Origin: Planctomycetota bacterium
Lineage (GTDB): Bacteria > Planctomycetota > UBA8108 > SXIK01
Assembly (NCBI GenBank): GCA_965223265.1
Contig: OZ244999.1
Coordinates: 4,992,001 to 5,056,000 of the forward strand
Direction: 5' to 3'
DNA length: 64,000 nt
Shown piece after piece: positions 1 to 9,088 of the stretch. The first letter of the stretch is position 1. Each line of letters starts with the position of its first letter. The notes under the pieces were generated by a model. It ran no database searches. It was given only the letters and a program-made list of their open reading frames with translations, and was not told the origin of the DNA. Position numbers and translations under genes: made by a program.

Positions 1-10
1 TCACCCTGAG

Positions 11-1276
11 CTACGTCTGACGGCGAGATTCGCACCGGCGCTTGCGTGGGCTCGACGCCCCCGCGCGGACAATGCCGGCCATCGCAGCGGCAACGTCCGG
101 CGGCATCTCATCCGACGGCGGCAAAAACACCATGCTCCGAAGCGCGCGCTTCGCTTCGGTGGCCTCGAGATCGAGTCGCGCACTCGGCGCTTCAACGACG
201 CAGTGGCTATGCCCCTGGGTGGAATCGAACCCGCATCCCCAAAGGCGCTCCATTACTGCGGCAGGGTCGTCCACCTCCACCGGAAAGACCCAATGTGTGT
301 GCTGGAGTGCCTCCGCGCCCGGTCTCCGGACGCTGCCACCGAGCTGCTCCGCGAGTCTTTGAGCTGCGAGGATTCTGCGGTCGAGGCGCCCGCTGTCGAA
401 GTTCCTTAGCCGCCGCTCGAGCAGTTCCAGTAGTGGCTCAGACGGCTGCTGGCGAATCCTCCGAAAGAAGTCTCGACCGGCGAAACCACGCGCGATCCGA
501 TTCGCCCAAGCGTCATGTCGCCGCCCGAAGAGCCTCCATACACGCGCGATGAGCGCCAACGGCCCGGGTGTTGAGAGAACCTTGATGCCTACATACTTCA
601 GGAGGCGGGCGAGATAGACCCAGCGACTTTGCCTCGGATAGCGGCTAGCCATCGCCCGCAGACGAGCACAGACATTAGCGTCGCGCAGGCGTGCGACGGC
701 GCCGCCAAGTGCTGTTGCCGTCTTGATCGGCCCGAAACTGAACAGCTCAGCGTCGGACTCTACGGTTCGCCCGAGCGCCTCGGCAGTGAACGACTGGGCA
801 CAGTCCTCAATCACAAAGAGACCGTTTTTCTCGGCAAGACTGCGGATCGAGTCCATTTCCACGCGGCTGCCAAACAGATGCGCCACCACAATGACCTTGG
901 AGTTCGGTGTCAAGGCCGCCTCGACCGCCGCGGGCTTGGGCGCCAACGTGCGCGTGTCCAGGTCGACCGGGACGGGAACCAAGCCGTGATGCTCGACGAT
1001 GCGGACCATGTCTTTGATCGTCACCGCCGAGAGAAGCACTTCGCTTCGAGCCGGCAGATCGAGGACACTGAGAAGCGCGTCGAAAGCCGTGCGAACAGAA
1101 AGAAACGTGCAAGCACGATCACCATCGGCCCATTGTATAAGGACTGGATCGTTGTGTACGCCAGGACCCGCTCGCTCTCCCCAGCGTGGCCGACGAGACA
1201 GCCGAGGCGCCAGCGAACGCACCACACCGTAGCCGAGATCGCGCCAGCCGATATCGATTCTCTTCCTCACCCACAT
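11..1276 (-). CDS. DegT/DnrJ/EryC1/StrS-family PLP-dependent aminotransferase
   Basis: Motifs VVAHLFG, IEDCAQS and FSFGPIKTATALGG (PLP lysine). Start placed at MWVRK; the ORF is open to 1321. Confidence 0.85.
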   Translation of the reverse strand: MWVRKRIDIGWRDLGYGVVRSLAPRLSRRPRWGERAGPGVHNDPVLIQWADGDRACTFLSVRTAFDALLSVLDLPARSEVLLSAVTIKDMVRIVEHHGLVPVPVDLDTRTLAPKPAAVEAALTPNSKVIVVAHLFGSRVEMDSIRSLAEKNGLFVIEDCAQSFTAEALGRTVESDAELFSFGPIKTATALGGAVARLRDANVCARLRAMASRYPRQSRWVYLARLLKYVGIKVLSTPGPLALIARVWRLFGRRHDAWANRIARGFAGRDFFRRIRQQPSEPLLELLERRLRNFDSGRLDRRILAAQRLAEQLGGSVRRPGAEALQHTHWVFPVEVDDPAAVMERLWGCGFDSTQGHSHCVVEAPSARLDLEATEAKRALRSMVFLPPSDEMPPDVAAAMAGIVRAGASSPRKRRCESRRQT

Positions 1277-1438
1277 GGCGCCGTGCACCAACTCACCAGA
1301 CGAAGATGCGACAAATGACACGCTGACAACGACAGATTACGGATAACATCCCGCAGCGGACGCCACACGTTTTTTTGCGCAACTCATCCCACTCCAGCGA
1401 GGTGTAGGAGCATTCAGGCATCCACTCGGGAGTACACC

Positions 1439-2743
1439 CTACAGGCCACTGAGGACCTTCCTCGCGGCACGCAGTGCGACCTCGACGTGCTCAGACGTAT
1501 GCACAAGGCTGTGGTACCAGATGCCTCGACCGATGAGTCGAACGCCCTCGTGCAGCATGCCGAGCTCGAACTTGGCGTATTTCGCGCCGTCGTATGCCGC
1601 GACCGCTTCTCGGTAGTCGTGGACGGCAGAGGCGGCCGTGAATCCCATGTGGAAAACGGGGCCTGGCCCCTGGACGAGCACGTCGTGCCCGCCGCTTCGC
1701 GCCGCACTCCGGAGACCCTCCATGAGCGCCAGACCGTTGTCGGTCAGACGATCATATGCCGCACACTCGTTCTCGGTGAGGAGATCGAGCGTCGCTGTTA
1801 CGGCGGCCATGGACGCATTGTTGCTGTTGAGTGTCCCGGCATGAATAGCGCGCCCGTCGGCAACCGCGTCCATAAACTCTCTTCGGCCGGCAAGAATGCT
1901 GACCGGATAGCCACCGGCACACGCTTTGCCGAACACAGCGAGATCGGGTGTCACTCCCAGTTGCGCCTGCGCGCCGCCCGGCGCGACGCGGAATCCGGTG
2001 ATCACCTCGTCGAAAATCAGAGCTATCCCGTGATCATCGCACAGCGCTCTCAGCCCCTCCAAAAACCCCGGTCGCGGCGCGATGCAGCTCGTGTTGCACA
2101 TGATCGGCTCAGTGATGATCGCCGCGACGTCGTCTGCCTTCTCACGTACCCTTCGCGTCAGTAGATCAAGATCGTTCCAGGGCAGGACGATCACGTCGTT
2201 CAGTACGCTCGCCGACTGCCCGCCAGTCCACGCCACCGCCGCTGCTGACTCGCGTGGTCCGGCTCGGTCCAGCGCCGGGTTGACGCTGACACTCGTGCTG
2301 TCGAGCCAGCCATGATAATGACCTTCAAACTTGATGTACTTTTGCCGGCCTGTGACGGCCCGCGCGACACGCAATGCGGCTTGAACGGACTCACTCCCTG
2401 ACAGCGAGAAACGCAGGAGCTCCGCGCACGGGACGATGTCGCAAATCCGCTCGGCCGCCTCGATCTCAAGCTTATGCTGACCCGCGAAGAGTTGGCCTTT
2501 GGTGGACTCCTCGGCGACACGCTGAAGCAGTCGCGGGTGGGAATGCCCCAAGATCATCGGCCCTTGCGACAAGGTAAAGTCCAGAAAGCGGTGGCCATCG
2601 ACGTCGGTGATGTATGCGCCCTCGGCATGATCGAAGACGAGGGGATGCGGTTGACCGAAGATGCGAAAGTGACTACTCACTCCACCAGCAAGCGAATGGG
2701 CAGCGCGCTCCATCAACTTCCGACTGTTCGAAAAATCCAGCAT
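1439..2743 (-). CDS. Class III aminotransferase, glutamate-1-semialdehyde aminomutase-like
   Basis: ILGH, SGSE, KFEGHYHG, LIFDEVITGFR, DLAVFGKACAGG and HAGTLN motifs. The N-terminus differs from canonical HemL, so it is probably a paralog. Confidence 0.85.
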   Translation of the reverse strand: MLDFSNSRKLMERAAHSLAGGVSSHFRIFGQPHPLVFDHAEGAYITDVDGHRFLDFTLSQGPMILGHSHPRLLQRVAEESTKGQLFAGQHKLEIEAAERICDIVPCAELLRFSLSGSESVQAALRVARAVTGRQKYIKFEGHYHGWLDSTSVSVNPALDRAGPRESAAAVAWTGGQSASVLNDVIVLPWNDLDLLTRRVREKADDVAAIITEPIMCNTSCIAPRPGFLEGLRALCDDHGIALIFDEVITGFRVAPGGAQAQLGVTPDLAVFGKACAGGYPVSILAGRREFMDAVADGRAIHAGTLNSNNASMAAVTATLDLLTENECAAYDRLTDNGLALMEGLRSAARSGGHDVLVQGPGPVFHMGFTAASAVHDYREAVAAYDGAKYAKFELGMLHEGVRLIGRGIWYHSLVHTSEHVEVALRAARKVLSGL

Positions 2744-2963
2744 GCTCGACTCCCAATGACGAAACTCTGAACAAAGCACAAGCGTGACCGTGCAGTGTAT
2801 GCGAGCCGAAACCAAGGTGCGAGTGGGGAACTCGTGCTAGCCGCGGCAGAATGGGTATACTGCTGCTGCAGCATCAGCGTCGCCAGCGGGCTGACGTTGC
2901 CGACCTCCACGCCCGCTAAACTTAACAGCGTGTTGAACCCTCAACTGATCATCGAGCCGCCGC

Positions 2964-5636
2964 ATGCAACTGAGACAGTTTTCGATTGTTCTGCTGACCA
3001 TGATCTCGTCCATTCGACTCGAGAGTGCCGAGTTCACCCGTATCACAATCCAGCTCGGCGTCGACGCCACAGGTGTCGAAAAGAGCGCCGCCAACCTCCT
3101 CGCATCGCGCATCTCTGAACGCCTCACGAGTCCCGAGAGTGTCCGCGTCGTCGCTGAGACTACGTTGGAGTCAGAATCCGTTCCTCCACCGTCAACGCTC
3201 GTCGTGTTTCTCGGAATCCCAGAGCACCACCGCGCGATCCAACGCGCGCTCACCGCACATCGCATCCCACCGCTCACCGATCTGGCACCTGGCCCGGAAG
3301 GGTTCCTCCTCAAAAGTCTCCGCGAGAGTGAACGCCCGGTTCTGCTAGCCACCGGACGAGACGAGCGCGGAGTACTGTACGCCGTCGGTGAGATCCTACG
3401 GCGTGTCGTGGTTCGAGAAGACCGAGTCATATGTCCCCTGCCGCTTGAGATTCGGACGGCACCGGCATTCGAAGTGCGAGGCACCCAGTTCGGACAAAGC
3501 GGCGTCGCCAAGCGCCTCGCGAACGTGCGATCGTGGACACTTGAAGAAACTCAGCGCGTCGTGATCGACTACGCCTTAGCGGGTGCGAACACGTTTCCCA
3601 CCGGCCCTGGGCCGATGTTCGACTTCATCAAGTCATTTGGCCTCATGACACAGGGCGGTTTCGGGGCCAACACCGGCTCCGGCCCACCAGAGTGGCACGC
3701 AAAGGAGTCGATCGGCCGGCTCGGCTACGTTTGTCTTTCCGTCCCAGCGGCCCGGGCAGCGCAAATCGAACGCTGCGAGGCGCAGTTCAAGAACAGTCCA
3801 ACCTACGATTTCGTCAAGTTTCACGGCGGCGACGGTGGCGGCTGCGAGTGCGATCTCTGTGATCCGTATGGTTTGATCTTCATCAAGACCGTCGCTGAGA
3901 TGGCAAAGATCATCCACAAGTACCACCCGACGACGAGGATCTACTTCACGAACCAGAAATTCGACAACGATGATGACAACGCGATCCTACACTACCTCAA
4001 CGCGCAGCCGCGGGAGTGGTTGTGGGCGTGGGGCTACGGACCCGGCTCGGACGCAACCACATGGCAGCCGGGACATCGTCAAACCCACCGCATGGACTTG
4101 TTTCGCTATCCCGGATTCGGGCCGTTCGACCTTTATCCGCGCGAGCTGATCCGCCGGCTCCCACCGCGCCATGTGTTGACCTACTATAACGAGATCACCC
4201 ATTGGCGCTATGCACAGCATGGGTACGTCCAGATGTACCCGCGCACCGACCGTAGCGGCGACCACCCGCCCCACTGGAGCCATTCAATCTACGAGCGACG
4301 GCCAGACCAAGCTCTGACAATGGTCTACGATCGCCTGACGTTCTACGCCTGGCCACGCTTCTACCACCGAGTCTTCAACGATCTCATGCGCTATGCGGTC
4401 GGCGACGTGACACACTCGAGCGGTCACCACGATCACTTCAACCAATGGATGTGGCAGCGGCTTCTCTGGACTCCGCGGACGAGTGTCGAAGCGGTCGTCG
4501 ATGAATACTGCACGACCTGGTTCGGGCACGAGGCCGCGCCGCTTATGGCGAGGGCGATCTTCCAGCTCGAAGAGAATCTGGAGGAAGATTCCGACACACC
4601 GCTGGCCGACAAATCGGGCATCGATCGGTACTACGAGCTCGTCAGGGACGCCGGACGCCAGATGCCCCAGGTCGACCGAGACCGCAGCTGGCTGTGGCGA
4701 CAGTTCATGCAGAAAGGCGCACTCGACAAGTACACACAGCTGGCGGTCCGCCAGCAGTCCGCGCTTCAACGACGCATCGAAAAAGCGATCGCCCTGGCGC
4801 TTGAGCAGCGCGATCACGCCGGCGACAAGAACACAAACGCCGCCATCGAGCAGTGTCTGGGTTGGCTGGGTCGGTCGACGGGAGAGCCGGCTCACCTGGC
4901 TGCGATCGAGACCGAGGAGATGTCACGTCTACGACAGGAGGCTGGCCGGCTCGGCGAAGAGAGCAACCGTCTCTTCGGCGTCCGTAACGAAGGTTACTTC
5001 AATCTTGAGCATGACTTCATCGGGCTCGGCTGGCTCAAGCGCCAACTCGAGCGTGCCAAAGCTTCCAGTGGCCTCGAGAAGCGCGAACTGCTTCGCATGA
5101 TCGTCGCCTATAACGACCCAGGTCCGGGGGGGCACTACGACAACCTTGGCACGTACAACTCGGCACCGAACGTCGTTAGCGGATACCCCTACGACCACGG
5201 CCAACCGTACGTCGCACAAATGCTCTCCGAAAGTAATCGACCGAGCCAACGCTCCATGCACTTCACACAAGACGAGGCCGAAGGTGTCACCCTCCACTAC
5301 CGCGATCTCGAGCCAAACGCCCGCTATCGTTTGCGTTTGACACTCGTGCGCCCATGGTTTCAATCGCGCTACGCCATGCGCATGAACCAGCGCTCCCAGT
5401 CAATCCTCGCCGACGACGTGGTCCTGGCGCATGAGCTCGAGCTCCCGGAACGCATGAGCGACTTCGTCACCTTCGACGTTCCACAACAAGCCACGCGCGA
5501 CGGAGAGCTCGTCATTCAGCTGCGCAAGGCGAGCGACGTTGCGGTGGGCCCACGCGTCGAGCGAGAGCAGTGGCGCAACAGCGGCGGCTGGGGCACGATT
5601 CTCTCGGAGGCCTGGTTGCTGCGGGTGTCACCATGA
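2964..5636 (+). CDS. Large secreted protein, probable glycoside-hydrolase-like enzyme (GH67/GH20-type N-terminal domain)
   Basis: 890-aa ORF with a signal-peptide-like N-terminus, EGFLLK...GRDERGVLYAVGEILR and PAFEVRG patterns typical of GH67/GH115/DUF4838 N-termini, and a CECDLC motif. Confidence 0.6.
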   Translation: MQLRQFSIVLLTMISSIRLESAEFTRITIQLGVDATGVEKSAANLLASRISERLTSPESVRVVAETTLESESVPPPSTLVVFLGIPEHHRAIQRALTAHRIPPLTDLAPGPEGFLLKSLRESERPVLLATGRDERGVLYAVGEILRRVVVREDRVICPLPLEIRTAPAFEVRGTQFGQSGVAKRLANVRSWTLEETQRVVIDYALAGANTFPTGPGPMFDFIKSFGLMTQGGFGANTGSGPPEWHAKESIGRLGYVCLSVPAARAAQIERCEAQFKNSPTYDFVKFHGGDGGGCECDLCDPYGLIFIKTVAEMAKIIHKYHPTTRIYFTNQKFDNDDDNAILHYLNAQPREWLWAWGYGPGSDATTWQPGHRQTHRMDLFRYPGFGPFDLYPRELIRRLPPRHVLTYYNEITHWRYAQHGYVQMYPRTDRSGDHPPHWSHSIYERRPDQALTMVYDRLTFYAWPRFYHRVFNDLMRYAVGDVTHSSGHHDHFNQWMWQRLLWTPRTSVEAVVDEYCTTWFGHEAAPLMARAIFQLEENLEEDSDTPLADKSGIDRYYELVRDAGRQMPQVDRDRSWLWRQFMQKGALDKYTQLAVRQQSALQRRIEKAIALALEQRDHAGDKNTNAAIEQCLGWLGRSTGEPAHLAAIETEEMSRLRQEAGRLGEESNRLFGVRNEGYFNLEHDFIGLGWLKRQLERAKASSGLEKRELLRMIVAYNDPGPGGHYDNLGTYNSAPNVVSGYPYDHGQPYVAQMLSESNRPSQRSMHFTQDEAEGVTLHYRDLEPNARYRLRLTLVRPWFQSRYAMRMNQRSQSILADDVVLAHELELPERMSDFVTFDVPQQATRDGELVIQLRKASDVAVGPRVEREQWRNSGGWGTILSEAWLLRVSP

Positions 5637-6120
5637 TGCGAGAGTTCGTGTAGGGTCCGGGGGGGACGTTCGGATTCAGCACTGAAATAGTCACCCAGAC
5701 AGCGAAAAACGGAGCCAAAACATCCTGGCTATGATACGATTTCGTTCAGGGAAAAAGTGGGAATAGAGGGTTGTAGCCACAGCCATGGGATCGAACATGT
5801 CGGCGATCGAGCATTTCGCCGATCGACCTCACGCTGCGGCTTGATCGCCGGGCCGGGAGCCCGGCAAGCAAGTTCCGAAGTCTCATGCTGACAGTGGCCT
5901 GTTGACGAGCCACCGGGAACGACTTCGGCTTAGTAAGGCTGCTGGAGACACGAACGGGGGCGAGACTCACCTCTTCGCGCCGGTTCAACATCGGCGCCGA
6001 CGGCGCTGCCGAAGCGGAGAAGGATGGGTTGGTTTCGACCCGAAGCAGTTCTCGTTCAGCCTGCTAGGCCGGGACGGTGACTCCTTCGCAGATCGCTGAC
6101 TGGTCCTTTGGAGGTGCGCG

Positions 6121-8010
6121 ATGAAGACGCGATGGCTATTCACAGTCTTGGGTGGACTCTTGGCGGCGAGCTCCTCGCTTTCGGCATTCGAATTCACGGA
6201 GGAAAACAGCTGCATCCTCCTAGCGGACGGCAACACGAATCCATTCGTCGACTCGCCCGACTGCGCTCTACCGGAGAACCTCGAGTGGTGCTGGTGCGCA
6301 CGTTCGATTTTTTCGAATCCGTTGAAAGGGGAAGCGACGGCGTTCGAGATGGGAATCATTCAGGACAGGGGCGACCCTGGACTCGCGAACATTCTCGTCG
6401 ATGTGAATGATGGGACGCTCGACGTCAGCGGCGTCAGCGCCGGCGATCTCCTGGGGACGTTCATCATCAAAGAGCTGATTCCCATCGTCAATCCGCCTGC
6501 CTTCTTCGATCTCAGTTTCGAAATCCGAGCGACTGCGGTCAACGCGAGCACGGTCGACTTCGAAGTCGTTCTGCAGACAGTCGACCCTTTCACGCTCAAC
6601 GTCTTGACCTATGATCCGACCGACGCCGATCACGCCAACGGGCTCCTCGATACCGGTCGAATTGTTTCGCGAGGTGCTGGAGCGGGCTTCACGGTCGAGT
6701 GGCGCTACGAATTCCCCCCACCAGCTCCTGCCATCACGCCCGCCATTCAGCCAGGCGACTACACCGACCCTGGTTTCGGGACGCGTCCGATCGTGTCGCT
6801 GTTCGGACCTGGCAGCGCTCTGGACGGCGACTATGTCCTGCCAACCGAAGGGACCTCGATCACGGCTGCAATTCTCGCTCGCCGCACGCGAGAGGGCCCC
6901 GACAGCCTCAACGTCGACAACCCAGCGGAGATTCTTCCTCTTGGCTCCGATCTCTGCGAAATCATCGATGATCCTCTCGCCGATCTCGATCCTTGTAAGG
7001 AATTCGAGGACGTCATTCCGATTTTCGACGAGCTCCCGAACAACCCACCGGTCGCGGTCATCGTCGCCACCAGCGGCGTCACCGGTGAGGTGCTTGACGG
7101 CACGATCGATGTCGACTGCGGCGTCGGTCAGGCGATTCTCCGCGGCACGAATTCGTCGGACGGAGACAACGGCACCCAAGGCCTCACCTATCAGTGGGAA
7201 GTCATCTCCGGCACCGAAGGTGGCGTTGAGCTGACGAGTCCAAACTTCAAGGACACTCTGGCTCGCTTTCTCGTCGAGGACGTCTACGAAATCTCATTGA
7301 CCGTCAACGATGGACAGTCTGAAGACAACACCGACTCGACAACGGTCGTCCTCGAAGCCGTCCCAGGGCTCGGCCCCAACGAACCGCCGACGGCATCGCT
7401 TACGTTTCAAGCACCAGCCGTGGCTGTCGGCGAGCTTTCTGCGGAGCTGCAGCTCGCCGGTGGCGTGACCGAGATGCGTGTCGATGTTTCCACCACGAGC
7501 GGCCCGGACGGCTGCCCGCAAGAAGAGCTCGCTATGTGGGAACGCATCAGCGGCCCAGCAACGGTCATCATCCGCGACCCACTCGACGAAGACTTGGATC
7601 TGACTTTCGCAGAGACCGGCGAGTACGAGTTCAAGTTGACAGTTGACGATTTCTCGCCGGAGAACAACATCCTCGAGGTAGTGATCGACGTCCTCGTGAC
7701 GGGAACACCTGGGCAACTGCCTGGCGACGTCAACCAAGACGGTGGTGTCGATATCTCCGACCCGGTAGCGCAGCTCAACTTCCTGTTCGCAGGGATACTC
7801 CTCGACGCTTGCATGCTGGTTCCTGACTCGTTTCCGCCCGCTTTGAGTGAGACGGGCGTCGCAATCAGCGACTGGAACGGCGATGGCGGCGTCGACATCT
7901 CCGACCCGGTCAGTAGTCTCAACTTTCAGTTCGGCGGCATTGGCGTGCCGCACGTTTTGGGGCAAACCTGCACGCAGATCGCCGGCGACTGCCCGGAACT
8001 CTGCCGTTAA
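6121..8010 (+). CDS. Secreted surface protein with two PKD-like domains and a C-terminal dockerin-like (double EF-hand) domain
   Basis: SD GGAGGTG and a signal peptide. NNPPVA...LTYQW...LTVNDG and NEPPTA...LTVDD are PKD-like repeats. The tail carries GDVNQDGGVDISD and DWNGDGGVDISD. Confidence 0.8.
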   Translation: MKTRWLFTVLGGLLAASSSLSAFEFTEENSCILLADGNTNPFVDSPDCALPENLEWCWCARSIFSNPLKGEATAFEMGIIQDRGDPGLANILVDVNDGTLDVSGVSAGDLLGTFIIKELIPIVNPPAFFDLSFEIRATAVNASTVDFEVVLQTVDPFTLNVLTYDPTDADHANGLLDTGRIVSRGAGAGFTVEWRYEFPPPAPAITPAIQPGDYTDPGFGTRPIVSLFGPGSALDGDYVLPTEGTSITAAILARRTREGPDSLNVDNPAEILPLGSDLCEIIDDPLADLDPCKEFEDVIPIFDELPNNPPVAVIVATSGVTGEVLDGTIDVDCGVGQAILRGTNSSDGDNGTQGLTYQWEVISGTEGGVELTSPNFKDTLARFLVEDVYEISLTVNDGQSEDNTDSTTVVLEAVPGLGPNEPPTASLTFQAPAVAVGELSAELQLAGGVTEMRVDVSTTSGPDGCPQEELAMWERISGPATVIIRDPLDEDLDLTFAETGEYEFKLTVDDFSPENNILEVVIDVLVTGTPGQLPGDVNQDGGVDISDPVAQLNFLFAGILLDACMLVPDSFPPALSETGVAISDWNGDGGVDISDPVSSLNFQFGGIGVPHVLGQTCTQIAGDCPELCR

Positions 8011-8186
8011 CAGCCTGTTGAAAAAGTGCTTCGAGCCGAAAACTGGTCTCTTCGCGTCCAGATCGGCCGCGGCAAACGCAGGTAATCTCCGAGCCCTCTT
8101 CTATAAGGTATACGGCGAGTATTGACGCGGTCGAGCTGGGCGTGAAGAGGCCGGTTTCTCGGCCGAATGACTTTTTCAACGGGCTG
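8011..8186. mobile_element. MITE family A, copy 1 (IS5/IS1182-like ends)
   Basis: Terminal inverted repeats CAGCCTGTTGAAAAAG / CTTTTTCAACGGGCTG flanked by TTAA and CTAA. A closely similar copy lies at 16686-16841. Confidence 0.8.
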
Positions 8187-8190
8187 CTAA

Positions 8191-8459
8191 CTCGAGTTTG
8201 GCCATTTCGCGTCGAGCCTGGGAAAGCCAGGAGCGTCGAGGCCAAGGAGCGTCGAGGCCAAGGAGCGACGACAACGCGATCCCGCTGCGATCGTGGCGGA
8301 GGAGCGACGCAGGCATCGGCGCTCCTGGCTTTCCCCGAAGGGCCGGACAGGAGTTTTTAAACATGCACAAGGGTTCTCAGGGTACGAAAAAGTCGAAAGG
8401 GCCGTTGAATTCCCGCGAAACTCGTCCGGCCAGGCCGGCGCGAAATGGCCAAACTCGAG
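8191..8459. mobile_element. MITE family B, copy 1
   Basis: Perfect 21-bp TIR CTCGAGTTTGGCCATTTCGCG / CGCGAAATGGCCAAACTCGAG, flanked by the direct repeat GCTAA (8186-8190, 8460-8464). An inverted copy lies at 22607-22834. Confidence 0.8.
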
Positions 8460-8572
8460 GCTAACAGCCGGCGAGCCGAGTCTCAGAATCCGCAGCGCGG
8501 GGGACAAAGCGAATATCAGAGTCGACCAACTTTGACTCTGATATTCGCTCGATCCTCTGCGAGCGCGCAACC

Positions 8573-8740
8573 CTACTCGCACTCTTCAACGCTCTGACAG
8601 TCAAGGCGATCGATGTTGACGTCGTAACCGCACACGGTACTGACGTCAACATCGCCAACAGCGGTCACCTGCAATAGCATGAGTGCAGTGGAAACGTCCA
8701 CGGCACCGTCGTCGTTGACGTCCTCCCGCATGAAGCGACG
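8573..8740 (-). pseudogene. Remnant of a dockerin-like C-terminal domain
   Basis: Reads RFMREDVNDDGAVDVS...CGYDVNIDRLDCQSVEECE, resembling the FxRGDxNxDGxVDISD...C..C tail. There is no plausible upstream body or signal peptide. Confidence 0.5.
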
Positions 8741-9088
8741 ATCGCGACTCGACAGAAGAGTCGCACAAACCGTCACAGCACCATCAATCGAGCGGCGGAA
8801 GATCGAGCGGCGGAAGATCGAGTCGAGCGACGCGAGCTCAGCCGAAGCAAACTCCACGGCGCGCAGTTGGTTGGACGCGGCCGCGGGCGGCAGCTCGATC
8901 ACCCGCACTGCCACCTCGCCACCGGCTTTCAATAGGCTGCGAACGAATCACGACCTCGTAGCGCGTCGACACCATGGCTGGAAAACGTCGCCCGAAGCTG
9001 GCACACTTGCGACAGATTCCATCACGCCACACCGAATTCCACGCGTCCACCAAGGGCGAGATATGCAGCCAGCCGGCGCAGAAGGCTC

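Noticed and set aside
215-240. tRNA T-loop-like GGTTCGATTCC on the minus strand
   Set aside because: It lies inside the aminotransferase CDS and has no cloverleaf.
8999-9016. Sigma54-like TGGCAC...TTGC before the CocE gene
   Set aside because: The spacing between the GG and GC elements is wrong.
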